A stretch of 63,817 nucleotides of DNA, the filler included, from Octopus bimaculoides (lineage: Eukaryota), in the NCBI RefSeq assembly GCF_001194135.2. It is 8 parts of 8 records of this genome, joined end to end, with 100 filler letters (N's around TTAATTAATTAA, not from the genome) between each part and the next. Parts side by side here need not be neighbours in the genome. Positions count along the whole stretch, not along the records: positions 1 to 27,262 come from NC_069003.1; positions 27,363 to 37,660 come from NC_068982.1; positions 37,761 to 44,118 come from NC_069005.1; 5 more parts are not named here. One strand, 5' to 3'. Positions 24,747 through 38,890 of the stretch are shown here, one piece after another (position 1 is the stretch's first letter; each line of letters starts with the position of its first letter). The notes beneath the pieces were generated by a model, which worked only from the letters and a program-made list of their open reading frames with translations, did no database searches and had not been told where the DNA came from. A program made the translations under genes and the position numbers.

Positions 24747-24974
24747 TTGGGTTGTCCGGAAAGTTTGTGCCGATTTTTAAAGGAAAGAAAAAAGTCAATA
24801 AATACTTGCCATTACATTTTTAATCAACCAATAATGAACCATTTTGTTGCACAATGCGTCTTCAACTTTCCTTTAACTTGAAAATACCCTCTTCCCAGAA
24901 TTGAGGTGGTTTCATGGCAAATAAGTTGAAAGGTAAGCTACTATAAATTAGCACGAACTTTTTGGACAGCCCAA
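24747..24974. mobile_element. mariner-type MITE with TA target duplication
   Basis: TIRs ttgggttgtccggaaagtttgtgc / gcacgaactttttggacagcccaa, flanked by TA. Confidence 0.8.
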
Positions 24975-24976
24975 TA

Positions 24977-25104
24977 TAAAGGGTGTTCACAAAGTTTGGG
25001 TACAGGGAGTAAATAAAGTTACAACAAACAATTAAATACAAGAAATAATAATTTTTTAAAGTATGTGTTAATCCCCATGTACCCAGACTTTGTGGACACC
25101 CTGT
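24977..25104. mobile_element. Short Tc1/mariner-type MITE abutting the previous one
   Basis: TIRs agggtgttcacaaagtttgggtaca / tgtacccagactttgtggacaccctg. Confidence 0.75.
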
Positions 25105-25958
25105 ATATACATGTGTTTGTGTCTTTGTCACACATACACACCAGTGTTGGTTTGTTTACATCCCTGTAATTCAAGGATTTGGCAAAAGTGATTGATAGAA
25201 TAAGTACCAAACTGGGGGCAATTTGTTTGATTGAAAGATGGTGTCCCTGAATGGCAACAGTTCATTGACTCAAACAAGTAAATGATAAACAACATATGTG
25301 GTGATTGCTCCATCTTGGCAGATGATTGCTGTCTCCTTGTGCTTCTTCATTGTCAATGTCATTTCTGACTTTCCCCCCATAACCTCTCAGATGACTATTC
25401 AGTCCTATTGCAAATTTGTGCGGTTTGGAGCGTAGGTGACAGACAAAAGGTGCAATTTACAGGGCACTTCTAACTGGTTACATCTGCAAACATCGCCTCT
25501 CTTCCATCACCATAGGCCTTTCACTAGACACGATGAGAAATGGGATCACTATAAAGAGACATCTATATGGGTACACTGCAGGAGCAGACTGAGAGTGTTA
25601 AGGGCCCTTTGAATGTGTGTTTTAGTAGAGTGAACATGTAGAGTGCAGGCCCCTCAGAGCGCCGTTCCTCAGACAGTGCCCGATTGACCAACGGCTTAGT
25701 CCACCCCTGGTACACTGTATTCATGTACCTCAAGAAAGACTTGAATACAGTGACCCATCAGTCCTTCTCATGAATCACTGCAGTGACGACTGCCAATACA
25801 GCTAAGTGCTTTATAAGTGTGAAATCAATGGTCACTCTCTGACCAGACATAAGAAACAACCTTCTAAGTATATTACTGCTCTAATGTTTTAGAGTTTGCT
25901 TTTGTTTTTGACTATATGAATTATTGATGATATATATGTATGTATGTATGTTTATATA

Positions 25959-25998
<40 letters not shown>

Positions 25999-26004
25999 TA
26001 TTAG

Positions 26005-26370
26005 ATGCAGGAGCGGCTGTGTTGTAAGTAGCTTGCTTACCAACCACATGGTCCCAGGTTCAGTCCCATTGCGTGGCACCTTGGGTAAGTGTCTTGTACT
26101 ATAGCCTCGGGCCGACCAAAGCCTTGTGAGTGGATTTGGTAGACGGAAACTGGAAGAAATCCGTCGTATATGTATATATATATATGTGTGTGTGTGCGTG
26201 TATGTTTGTGTATCTGTTTGTCCCCCCAGTAGCGGTTCGGCAAAAAGAGACTGATAGAATAAGTACTAGACTTACAAAGAATAAGTCCTAGGGTCGATTT
26301 GCTCGACTATAAAGGCAGTGCTCCAGCATGGCCACAGTCAAATGACTGAAACAAGTAAAAGAGTAAAGAG
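26005..26370 (+). mobile_element. SINE family A copy
   Basis: gcaggagcggctgtgttgtaagtagc..actgaaacaagtaaaagagtaaa. Confidence 0.85.
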
Positions 26371-26389
26371 TATTTATTGTGCGTGTATG

Positions 26390-26650
26390 TTTTTCTGTGC
26401 TGGTGGCACATAAAAGGCACCAATGCCGGTGATATAGAAAGGAGCCCATGCTGGTGACACATAAAAGGTACCAGTGATAGAGACACGGAAAAGGCACTCT
26501 TGGAGTGGCTGGCATTAGGAAGGGCATCCAGCCATAAAAAAAATGCCTAATCAGACTGGAAACTGGTGCATCTCTCCAGCTTACCAGTTCCAGTCAAACC
26601 ATCTAATCTATGCCAGCATGGAAAACAGACACTAAATGGTGATGATAATG
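26390..26650 (+). mobile_element. RTE-related 3' end fragment
   Basis: tggtggcacataaaaggcac..ttaggaagggcatccagcc..gatgataatg. Confidence 0.55.
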
Positions 26651-26737
26651 AAATATATATATATATATATATCATCATCATCATCATATATATATATTTG
26701 TGTATATATGTGCGTGCACGTGTGTGTGTGTGTGTGT

Positions 26738-27052
26738 GGAGGCTTAACAGTTAGGGTATTCGACTCATGATTGCAAGGTCATGGGTTCAATTCCCGGTGA
26801 CACATTGTGTCCTTGAGCAAGATATTTTATTTCATGTTGCTCCAGTCCACTCAGTAGACATAAATAAGTAGTACCTGTATTTGAAAGGGCCAGCCTTGTC
26901 ACATTGTGTGTCACGCCAAATCTCCATAAGAACTACATTAAGGATACGCATTTCTGTGGAGTGGTCAGTCAGATGCACATTAATTTCACAACCAGGCCGT
27001 TCCATTCATCAGATCAACTGGAACACTCATCATCATAACCAACGGAGTGCTG
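26738..27052 (+). mobile_element. SINE family C copy
   Basis: ggcttaacagttagggtattc..aaccaacggagtgc. Confidence 0.85.
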
Positions 27053-27179
27053 GTTATATANNNNNNNNNNTAATTGGGTATTCTTCTGGCAGTATATTGG
27101 ATAGATATTATCCCTTAGTGAGTTGGATTCACAACCTCTTTCTTGGACTTATATATATATGCATGTATGTATGTATGTA

Positions 27180-27210
<31 letters not shown>

Positions 27211-27213
27211 ATG

Positions 27214-27262
<49 letters not shown>

Positions 27263-27362
27263 NNNNNNNNNNNNNNNNNNNNNNNNNNNNNNNNNNNNNN
27301 NNNNNNTTAATTAATTAANNNNNNNNNNNNNNNNNNNNNNNNNNNNNNNNNNNNNNNNNNNN
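27263..27362. other. Artificial scaffold spacer: 44 N + TTAATTAATTAA + 44 N. The 12-mer also occurs at 37705, 44163, 54374, 56440, 58673 and 62714
   Basis: Identical 100-nt layout seven times; the 12-mer places a stop codon in all six frames. Confidence 0.95.
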
Positions 27363-27420
<58 letters not shown>

Positions 27421-28146
27421 CGCACACAAATACGCATGTACGTACACTAAAATATCCATACCAAAACACATGTGCACTCATTCATATGCATACATAAGTA
27501 TATACACATCCATATTTATAATTATCATATGCATGCCTCTTCACATATTTCCATATGATCATATGCTTATCTATATTCATAAAAAATTTTCACAATTATA
27601 ATACTCACGCACACAAACACTCGAACACGTTGATACACTTTATCCAGGCACGCACAAGCACTAAAAAATCTTATCAAGTATACATATTTATATACACTCA
27701 AACACACCAATATATATATATATATGCGCACATATATTCTACAAACGTACATATATGCATATTAATTCACACACGCAAACATGCTTACAAACACATCCCA
27801 ATGTGTATCTACCAATTTATTGAACATATACATGTAGATGTGCCACAAAACGCATACACATGCGCTGCAGCTCCTTCGTACAAAAGTATACATATATATG
27901 GATATGCACTTGCAACCTTAGCTACACATTAATTCGTACTCACTGTTAATTTTGTTCTGTAGTGAACACATTTGCACACATGAACAAATATATAAACAGA
28001 TATTCACAGACGCAAACATTGCTCTCCATTCGTATGGAGAGCAAATTAAACGAATATGAAAAATGAGTATAATGAAAAGAGTAAATAAAATATAAGGAGA
28101 AAATGATAAATATTAAAGCGATTCATTTTGGTGCTGCTTATAACTG

Positions 28147-28225
<79 letters not shown>

Positions 28226-29487
28226 ACCCCAGGTCGTAATGAAAATAATAATCACAAGAATTTATATCATTTTACTAACAGGAAAAATATTCTAACAAGA
28301 GATCTTGGGAGTGAGTCGGTTGATGCAGAGTTTTATATCCAGGTTCGTACAACTTGTGCTAAGTGGTCGGGTGTTATCCGAAGAAGAATTGGCTCTTTTC
28401 AATTCATCAATGCATTGTAGTTCTTTGTGCAGTTTATCGATTTCTTGGCAAGATTTATCTGATGTCGTTTCGCCAGCATTCAACAAAATATAATAGCGAA
28501 GAATTTCAATTGTTAATCAACCAGCCGTAGCCACAACAACCTTCTTTTAATGCAGCTTCATTTTAGCAGAGTTTTAGTCGATCTTCTCAGTTCAGGTCAG
28601 TTACTACCATTAGCTTTACAGAACCCATTTTTCGCTGACACAGTCAAGAAATCGATCTTTTCTGTTGCGCAAAAGCTGTGCAAAGGAGAATTCATAACGG
28701 TGCCTTTTGAATTTTCATTCTGTTTGTGTAACGCTTCTTTGTTGATTTCCCAATGTAGTGCGAATATCGAACAACTTACTTGAAAACACTAATATTGTTT
28801 TACGCGAGTCCCCTTCAAAAATAAACCCCAATATCTCATTGGAAGTCGCAAAATATCATCTTCAAAACCTTCGTTTTTATCTTCAAAACATCCGTTTTTC
28901 GTCTCTACTCTGAATCTTTTGGGTCCAATACTTAGTGCTGTATTCCATTTTGGACGCATACAAAAAATATCTTGAATGATTTCCATCTTAAATTGGAGAA
29001 TCTAAGATTAAATAAGGATAAACCGTGAAATCAGATATATTAACAATAATCCAATCCATAAACCGAAACCTGGGCTTTGAAATGTTGTACTCGGTGTTCG
29101 TCGTGTAATTTTATTTCAAAATAAGTAAATTTTAATTCAAAATTTAAAATAACATATTTTTGCATCAATGCAATTATTGTAGCATCAATATAACTATATA
29201 ATGTATATTAGTTTATGTACTAAAATAAAACAAATAAAGAAAAAGGAGAAAAATAAAATATGCAATGAATATTTAATAAAATAATACATGAAATATTATA
29301 CTATAAAACGAATAAAAAAAACATATAGTGCTTAAATCATTAACACATATATAGAGACGCTATACAAATATCACAATTAATGTATATAATATTACAAATG
29401 GAACAACATCCTTAAAATACATGATGTACTCAATAATATAAATTAATATAATATATTAATATACATATAGATACGTACACACACAGA

Positions 29488-29541
<54 letters not shown>

Positions 29542-29584
29542 CACACAAACTCATACATACACACACAAATGCATACACGCATGT

Positions 29585-29618
<34 letters not shown>

Positions 29619-29865
29619 GCAGAGATATGTATAATATCAAACTGTACATGTAATATATTATTATAACGCTACGAAACGTAATAAAACAGAATCTAATACA
29701 ATATAATTCTAAAATGAGATGGCTATAAATCAGAAAAAGAAATATCCACATACTGATACACGCCGTGCGCGCGCGCACACACAAACACACACACATACAT
29801 ACAGGCACACAAACACACACATTAACTCACACATGCAGGTATGCACAAGCGCATGCAGATACACA

Positions 29866-30087
29866 TACGAGGAGGTTATGAGCAGTTCCTGGCTTTGGAC
29901 AAAAGAAAATACAGGAGAATAAATTAATTACGATTTTATTCAACACATTTCCCTCTCAGATTCACACACTTATTGCAGTGGTCCTTCAGTTTTTCTAAAA
30001 CCAGTAAAAGAACTCGGAAGGTGGGGCCTCCAAACAGGCCTTTGGCGATACCTTTCAAGCCAGGTACTTTTCAGCACCCCCTCTTAT
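29866..30087. mobile_element. mariner-type MITE
   Basis: TIRs tacgaggaggttatgagcagttcctggctt / aagccaggtacttttcagcaccccctcttata. Confidence 0.7.
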
Positions 30088-30166
30088 ATATATAATTTAA
30101 TATCTTTTGCTATATATTGAACTGTATAATACCATATTTTACAAAAAGGCTACATGCTAAAAGGAA

Positions 30167-30202
<36 letters not shown>

Positions 30203-30634
30203 CATAAATAATATATAAATAAATGCATATATCCATACATATATGTACATACATCTATATGTATACATACATCTATATGTATACATACAGGCATATATGG
30301 GTACAGGACATCACAAAAAAACGTTAAACACAATGAGAAACGAAAACATAAAAACGAAAACAGAAAACGAACAGAGAAACGAGACGTGCAGCATAAAGAG
30401 TATACCTCTTCGTCAGTTGTCCCTGTTCCATCTACTTTCGAAGGCAAGGACAATACGCGACTTCGTTGGAACAGTCCTTCCTGCAAAGCAAATTAAATAA
30501 AATTTGGAATTTTTTGCGGAGGATATATATATATATATATACATCATGCGATGCTCCAGCATGGACACAATCAAATGACTGAAACAAGTAAAATATAAAG
30601 ATAAAACATAAAAGACACATACAAACATACTTAT

Positions 30635-30975
30635 ATAGGCGTGGCTGTGTGGTAAGAAGTTTGCTTCCCAACCACGTGGTTCCGGATTCGGTCCCACTGC
30701 GTGGTACTTTGGGCAGGTGTCTTTTACTATTGCCTCGGAAATTCAAAAGCCTCGTCAGTGGGTTTGGTAGACGATCTATGTGTGCTTCTCCTTGTGTTTG
30801 TCCCCACCCCACTGCTTGACAACCGGTGTTGGTGTGTTTACGCGTCCGTAACCTTGACAAAATAAGTAGTGGTCTTAAAAAGAATAAGTATTGGCGTCGA
30901 TTTGTTTGTTTAAACCCATCAAAACGGTGACCCAACATGGCCGTAGTCCGAAGGTTGGAACCAGTAAATGATAAA
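30635..30975 (+). mobile_element. SINE family A copy, diverged
   Basis: ggcgtggctgtgtggtaag..cccaacatggccgtag. Confidence 0.75.
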
Positions 30976-31004
30976 TGATATGTGTGTGTATGTGTATGCA
31001 CGTG

Positions 31005-31046
<42 letters not shown>

Positions 31047-32292
31047 CATACACGCACACATACATTTACATATTTTATATATACTTACGCATAAACACTT
31101 ATACATACATATAAGCAGACGCATCGCGCCTAAAAATAGACACAATTCTTACAAACGTACCTATACATAAAATGTAATAAAAATGAAATCAAAAACATTA
31201 TAGATATCATGAAAATATTCACAAAATAATAAACATTTGATCAAAAACGGATGTATAGAAATACGAAAATATTAAACAAGTATAGATATAAAAACGGATG
31301 AACGAAATATGGAAACTATTAATTTCGTGAATGCAAACGTAATTTTTATGGTGTTAGAGATTATTTTATGACAAGATTCGTGAGATAATTCTTGTAAGGT
31401 GTTTGTATATCAATTTTTAAAAAAATGTTTCTGTGAAATAACACAGATTACTGTGTTATTTACCTTGAGAAGACTCATATAGAATCGTGGCACATAAATG
31501 CATTCGTATTTATATCGTTGAAAGATGAGAACAGTCTGCTACCGTTGATAGATGGTCCTCGTCTACGAGTGTATTTATGCATCACGAGTCTATTTGAGAG
31601 GTTCTCTCGAAGTAATTAACTCAGTATTTTGTGTTCTAACACTAGCAGAAGGTTAAATTGTAGATCAAGATTGCCTTCAAGTATTCATGCTGCTTCTGTT
31701 GTTATTTATTTCTTCTCTGAAAGCTTTTTTTTAAAAGTTGCTTTCCGATGTCTATAAAGCCAGGTATACATCCCGAAGATCAGTATCAAAATATTGATCT
31801 TTGTGTCGGCATTTAGAGATCTATTCATTAGCGTGAATTTCTTTATTAGGATATTACAATTTCTGCTAGGCAGAATTGATATCCGTTAGATTCGACGGGA
31901 GCATCGAGTAGATTTTCTTATGACTAACCAGTTTATTTCACGAAAATGTTCTACAGTTATTCGACTTTCAGGCTTCTAATGAATTATTCCAAAGATGTAG
32001 TGTTTCTTCATTCAGTATGCTAAAAGGGGACTGTACGAAATGCATGTCAGAGAAATGGGTTTAAGTCTATCCCATTTCTAGCAGCACCATGTGACCTGCC
32101 TTGACCAATAGCAGTCCAGTTTCAGATTGGTATCTCCGACTTCTTGCATCTCTCCATTCAGTTAACTGAGCCCGACGAGGCAGGTTTGAGCAAGAAGCTC
32201 ACGAAGCTTTAAGGTGCATGGGGCTGAATCAAACTGTTTTATATGTAACCCCTACTAAGTGTGTTGAGTACCTCTTTCATTTCTCCACTCAC

Positions 32293-32362
<70 letters not shown>

Positions 32363-33107
32363 TAGTAATAATTATAAAGAATATGGAGACTTGTTCATCC
32401 ACAAAATTTATTTTCTCTTATTTTACAATTTTGAACAGCATATCATAATGACCTACATGTGTTTCCACTGCACAATTGATAGTAGTTACGGGCGTCAAAT
32501 ACTGATCGATGTGTTTAGCCGTAAACTATAGGTGAACATTGGCTCGAGCTCAGAGAAAAGAAAAGCTGGCCAATGCTCTACCAACATGTTCAGGCAGAAC
32601 ATGGAGGCTCGATTAATAGCATAGCGTAGCTCTCCTATACGCACTTACCTGTGATACGTGTAAGAAATAGAGATAGATAAATAAAAATAAAATAAATAAA
32701 TAAATAGATATATTTGTCACATACCTGTGATAATATGAGAAATAGAGATAGATAAAAATGAATAAATAAATCCATGTAAAGGGCATGGATACAAACATAC
32801 GAAGTGAACCCATACGCAAATACACACACAAGAAATTTCACAGACGGCCACAACAATACCAACCACACGAATAACAACAACAACAGCAGCGGCGGTGACA
32901 ACGATATCAACAACAACAACAACAACAACAACAATAAAAACAACAATAGAGGTACCACGACGGCAACACAGCGGGCGAACACACAAACACAGAGAGATAC
33001 AGGAATATATATATATATATATATATATGTAACATATGGTATGGTATAGTTATAAACAGGGTAAATTTTAGACATTTCTCTGCAGACTGAAAAAAAAATG
33101 ATGAACA

Positions 33108-33150
33108 GCCTTAAGCGATTTTCGAACCTTATTGGGTTCTCATCAGAGGC
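33108..33150 (-). ncRNA. Minimal type-I hammerhead ribozyme, intact core
   Basis: Minus strand reads GCCU-CUGAUGA-GAACC(caauaa)GGUUC-GAAA-A(ucgc)U-UA-AGGC. Stem I 4 bp, stem II 5 bp perfect, stem III A-U plus A15.1-U16.1, cleavage triplet UUA. Confidence 0.7.
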
Positions 33151-35973
33151 GTCTACATTATTCTGTCAGTCTCCAGAGAAACAAGCAACCGAATTATATA
33201 CTCAACAAATGCAGTAGTTACTTTATGAAGAAGTCCCTAATTTGCATACCGAACGTTTTTTGACACTCTTATAAATACGAGCTAACTGTCAACGGGGATC
33301 ATAAACCACACAGTATCAAGGTATGATATAATAAATATGTAACATGCAGGGAGCAGTAAATATAGAGTAAAGTAGTGATCATAAGGAAGTCGTGAATAGC
33401 TCGACCAATAAGTGATTGCAAGTGTTGCAGTGATAATTAATTAGCATCTCATCAAATAAATATTTAATGCTGATTCGACAGAGTATTGTTATTTTGCAAA
33501 ATATAAAAAAAAAACAACAAAACATTTGAACGAAAACGATTGACAACAAAAAATATAAACATTAAAAAGTAAGTTGAAGCTGAAATAAAACTGAATAACA
33601 TGAACCAAAAATATACGGGGAATTTGGTATAAGAATTATAGAAGGAATTTCTGTTAAAAAGCCCTTTTAGAAATGTAGAGTTTAATAAAAATGGTTTATA
33701 GATGATAACATTTCAAATTTAAATTTACAATTAAGAGAATGGGACGAATGAACATCACGAAATAAAGGGATAAATGAATATATAAATATATAAAGAAGGA
33801 AGAGGTGTAGGGGAAGAAAGAAGATAAAAAGAAAGGGTGGAGAAAAGATGCAATGAAGCGGGAAGAGAGAAGGAAAAAGGAGAAAAGAGATGGGTTCTAA
33901 GTTGAAAATATGTTAATAGTTACATGTGACAACTTGTAAGAAATACGATAGACAAGTGCAGTCATTGGGGAGGTGGAAGCGATTAAAAATCATTTAACAG
34001 ATAGAGAAATTAGATTGATAGAGAACAACATGTATAATCACTGGAAGGTACACAGAAGGCAAAAAGCAAATCAAACGGATACACAAACACAGAAACTAGG
34101 ACCCATCAAAATAAAACGATCAAAATCAGTTTCAAGATATGTAAGAACATGAAAAAATATACATTGGTATCTTTTACTTGTTCCAGTCATTAGACTACGG
34201 CCAAATATGTATATAAAATTAAAACTATTAATTCAAAGTAAGGGTTATAATTTATAGAAACGAGTAATACAATGAAGTAAAATGTAATATCGTAATAAAT
34301 GTGTGTATAACTTCTATAGTGGTCGATAAAAGTTCATAATGAAAGAGGTAGACATAAATAAAAAAAATATTACTTTTATATATATCGAATACGACAGTCG
34401 AAAGGAAACATTTCAAGTTCAGGATTGCATAAATACGAAAATATTCGAGGAAAATATCAACTGAATCGAAGTTAAGCTAAAAACAATAAAGCCAATGTGG
34501 TAGTGAAAAGTGGCAGTATTAATGTATTAATCGTTCGGTGGCAAAAACCTCAAAATCAGAAACTTTGAAGAATGCCAACAACAGTTCAAAAGCTCATATT
34601 GACTGTTCAAGGCCGATTTCTCTTGAAACGGGGAAAATACTTTTTACTTAAGCATAACACGGCGGTAGGATCCATTTCTGTATGGGTTTGCTCTTTCCAA
34701 GATAGAGCAATGGATTTTGAAAGGAGCGGAACAAATTTCTTTTAATGTTCTGGTAAATTCATTGATGTAATGTTTACCGGGTATTTAAAGGAGTTTTTTT
34801 TGTTGATAAAATCTCGTCTTGAAGCTATTTTCGGTGGCTCCGGTGTAAGCTTACAAGCAGGAGTATTATTGACCTGGACCTTAGCCCTATAAATAACTCT
34901 TTTGATGAGGCAATTGCCATTAAAAGAGCTGTTACTATACAGTTGTCAATTGTAAATATTAGTATATATACTCTAGCAACCATCTCTTCTTCTCCTTTTC
35001 TTTATCCTTCTTCCAAACAGTTTTTCTCTCTTCCTTTTTCTTCTTTTTCTTTTTATCTTTTATGTGTTTCCCATTCTTCCATGCCTGCAACTTCCCTTTC
35101 TTTATTAGGTTTCAGTATTAAAGGAAGTAACAGAGCTGTATTCCGACTGCAAGAGACCCGTTATTATTTTTAAGATATATACAAGATATATGAAATATTC
35201 ATCAATGCACAAGTGGTGCTGTGCTATGATCCAATAAGTTATATTTAAATTTTTTGAGAAAATTTCTTCGGATTTGTATGCTTTGAATATTAGCGATTCC
35301 AGTTTTAAAAACATTCACAAATTCAATTCTTCAAGTCTGTTCATTTAACCCCAACCAAAACCGCTAAACTCTAACTCCCAACCTTGAAGTGTAACTTCTA
35401 ATTCTTAATCTTAACACCTTAAAAAACTGATTCTCACTTTTAGAAATCTAATCTACTATGTTTAGATCACAGAATTCAGAAAATATATTATGAAAAAAAT
35501 ATCGTATATGAAAAAGTTACAGTTGGTTGTGTAATGTGAAACGGAGAGAGCGCGGTCTGGCTATAAAAAAGTTCAAAAAAGTTTCTTTTTTCGTGAATCA
35601 TAAATAAATTTTCTAAATAAGTAATAAATGAAAAAAATTACTCTACTCTTGTATATATTATTCAAATCATATATATATATGTCTCATGTATATATTATTC
35701 AAATCATATATATATATGTCTCATGTATATATATTTCAAATCATATATACATGGTTTAATAGATGAACGAAAGAGTGACTGTGTTGCTATGAAGTGATCT
35801 CTGTAGCCCCATCATTTATACTTCTCTCCCATTACACTGCATACGGGCAAGTGCCATCGAGTAGTCTTGGGTTTACCGATGCTTGTGACTGAAATATGAA
35901 AGACGGAATCTGTGTGGAGTCACAACACACATACACATGCATACTCACATATATAAATACATATAATACTGAT

Positions 35974-36030
<57 letters not shown>

Positions 36031-36663
36031 TTATATATGTGTGTGTGTATGTATATATAAATCCCCAAAATGGAACAAAAACGCAACAGACGACGATATA
36101 AAGACGGACAGGAGATAAAAAGGACCGTCCATTCGCAAGGTTCTCTCCTCAGTCAGGTTAACAAATTATCATTACAGTTTCGCGCAGTTACACTTGAGAC
36201 TATCCAAATCTGGTTGTCCACCCGCGTAGTACACTTTTGCTCACTTTGTAAGTATGTCTATCTATCTATCTATCTAATGTATTGTTCCGTGATAGAAAAT
36301 TCAACAAAAATCATCATATATGTACATATAGTACACTCAATACCACATACATACACATTCACGCTTCAACGCATATACGAAACATTATTGACAGTATTCA
36401 ATATCAATGTCGAAGAGGTTTTGTTTTCTGACGCCAATTTCTAACTGATGTCAGTTTAAATCTAATCTACCAGTTGACAGTAAAAGAAGACCTACTTAAC
36501 TTCCCAGGGTTGATTTAATTAACTTCGTTCGTGTAGCACTCTTTATTATCCCTTATTATGTTTAATTCTTGCTTGATGAATTATTCCTTTTTGTTTTTGT
36601 GTATCATTTATTAGTGCCGTGCAGACAGAATTATGTTAAAAAGCTTTATTAGCATAAGCGTCC

Positions 36664-36906
36664 TTAACCCCTTGCCCGTCCAAAGCACTTTTATGAGTTT
36701 GTCCTAAACGTCCATGGTTGTTTCCAGACTTTAAGTTAGCCCTTGTTTCATACGCTTTGAGTAAAAGAACGCTTTTTCTTTCACAAGTCACAAGTTATTC
36801 TGATGATCGAAAACAATTAGGAATGTGTATCAAAAGCTGATGCATGGGCATCACGGAAATACATCCTGTGTATTACTTGTGATACACAGGTCAAACAAAT
36901 GGTTAA
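36664..36906. mobile_element. TTAA-flanked (piggyBac-like) MITE, copy 1
   Basis: ttaa|ccccttg ... aaatgg|ttaa; homologous copy at 38324-38573. Confidence 0.55.
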
Positions 36907-37347
36907 CTTCCTTATACAGTTGTGTATGTACAACTACAATATTGAATGTGTCTCTCAACTTTAGCAACATCGAATGTTATTAAGCGGTATGAATAAATTT
37001 TATAGCTAACAAGTTCAGTAAGTATATAGAAGTTTCATCATTGGCTCGATTAATTATCATTTTCACAATTGCGCCATTAAATCTTTATACGAAACCATGT
37101 TTATTGCGAAAGAACTGTATTGTACTTAAAAGTTCAAAGCCGTTATGAAGCATCGGAAACATTCAAATTGTAAGATTTGATATTATATAGAATTTTGATA
37201 CGAGATAGAAAATGAATATAAGTTATTTTTTAAAATGTCACGTTCAAGGTAAATAAACTCACCTCACAAATTATAAATATGAAAGTCTTTTATCAAATCT
37301 TATAGTCAAAACTTGTTCTTTCCACTGAATTGTCTCTTGCTGCAGAA

Positions 37348-37407
37348 CGCCATCGCTACGCCATCGCTACGCCATCGCTACGCCATCGCTACGCCATCGC
37401 TACGCCA
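37348..37407. repeat. Perfect 11-bp tandem repeat (cgccatcgcta) x5.5
   Basis: Read directly. Confidence 0.95.
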
Positions 37408-38323
37408 GTCAGATCATGATGATTATGTGATTGTTACACACTTTCTGACATTTGAAAGAAATTCAGTCACGCTGTGGCAGAATAGTTAGAACAGAGAAAA
37501 TGCGTTCGGAAGTTTGGTTTCAATTTTGCATCGAAACATCGCCGAGGTGGTCTTATACTTCAATTTTCCCGCAGTCAAGTAAATAGGTATCAGCTAAGTG
37601 CTAAGGTCAATATACTTGACTATACCTCACCTTTAAAAGTGCGAGCTTTTATATACATATNNNNNNNNNNNNNNNNNNNNNNNNNNNNNNNNNNNNNNNN
37701 NNNNTTAATTAATTAANNNNNNNNNNNNNNNNNNNNNNNNNNNNNNNNNNNNNNNNNNNNCTTCGGAAGGTTATTGAAGCAGATGTTTAGGATATGTTTT
37801 ATAAACAAAACTCGAGTTCAAATCTTTCTAAGGTCAGCATTGCCTTTCATCCTTTCGGGTTCAATAAAATGGAAGTAGCAGTCAGACTTGCCCCCTTCTC
37901 TCACCGTTAAATTGCAGGCTTTATGCCAAAATTAGAAAGAATATCTTATGTAGCATTTCTATGTAAATCATAATGGAATTTTCATGTATGATTGTATTAC
38001 GAAGAAGGACATCGAGGAAATGGTGGGGGGGGGGGGTTATGGAAGGTATTAAGTGCCTTAAGTAAACAAAAAGTAAATTCTATTGATAAAAAAAAAAAAG
38101 GACTAATATCTCATGGTTAAGTTTGCTGAGTAACCACCTGGTTTCTGATTCAATCCCACTTCTGGACAGTTTGGGCAAGTGTTTTCCTCCGCAGCTTTGG
38201 GTTGACCACAGCCAAGCAAATACAATATAGAAACTGCATCAAGTGGTGTCCTTTTACATCAAAGGGTAAGCCATTCAATAATCAGAGATCAATAAAATAA
38301 ATTGATAGAGCTGAATAAAACTT

Positions 38324-38573
38324 TTAACCCTTTACTTGTCCAGAGTGCTTTTGTAAGTTTATTCTAAAGCATGCATGTTTGTTTTGAGGTTTTTAGTTAG
38401 CCGTTTGTTTCACACGTTGGGAGTAAGATAAAACTTTCTTTTGTATGTCCCAAGTTGGTCTGGTGGGTGGGGGGGAAACAAAATTGAGAATATATGTATC
38501 GTATGATGAACAGACACCGAATAAATGTGTCCTGTGTATTACATGTGATACGGGGTCAGGCAAACTGTTGAAG
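38324..38573. mobile_element. TTAA-flanked (piggyBac-like) MITE, copy 2, diverged
   Basis: Aligns by eye to 36664-36906 (ttaaccctt..gtcc..ttagcc..cctgtgtattac.tgtgatac..ggtca). Confidence 0.5.
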
Positions 38574-38639
38574 GAGTTGTAGCACAGTCGCAGACAAATG
38601 CCTGAATCAATATAAGAAAATGTTAGATTTTTTTGTCAC

Positions 38640-38890
38640 AAGCATGGTAAGAAGCTTACTTCCAGACCACATGGTTCCAGGTTCAGTCCCACTGTGTGGC
38701 ACCTTGGGCAAGAGTCTTCTACTATAATCTCAGGCCAATCGAAGCTTTGTGAGTGGATTTGGTAGATGAGAGATGGTAAACTGACAGAAGCTTGTCGTAT
38801 ATATGTGTTTGCCACCACTTGACAACTGAGGTTGGTATGTGTACATCTCCCATAACTTATTGGTTCAGCAAAGGACACCGATATAAGAAG
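38640..38890 (+). mobile_element. SINE family A copy, partial
   Basis: ggttccaggttcagtcccact..gtgagtggatttggtag. Confidence 0.75.

Noticed and set aside
27307-27318. Palindromic TTAATTAATTAA recurring seven times inside gaps
   Set aside because: Always centred in 44N+12+44N; an artificial six-frame-stop scaffold spacer, not biology.
28292-28986. Run of short minus-strand ORFs with protein-like composition
   Set aside because: Multiple in-frame stops and a frame change, no splice structure or family that I can recognise; could be a very old pseudogene or TE, testable by TBLASTX.
34520-34960. Faint Tc1-like motifs (GSISVWVC, DLSPIN)
   Set aside because: Too decayed to call with confidence.
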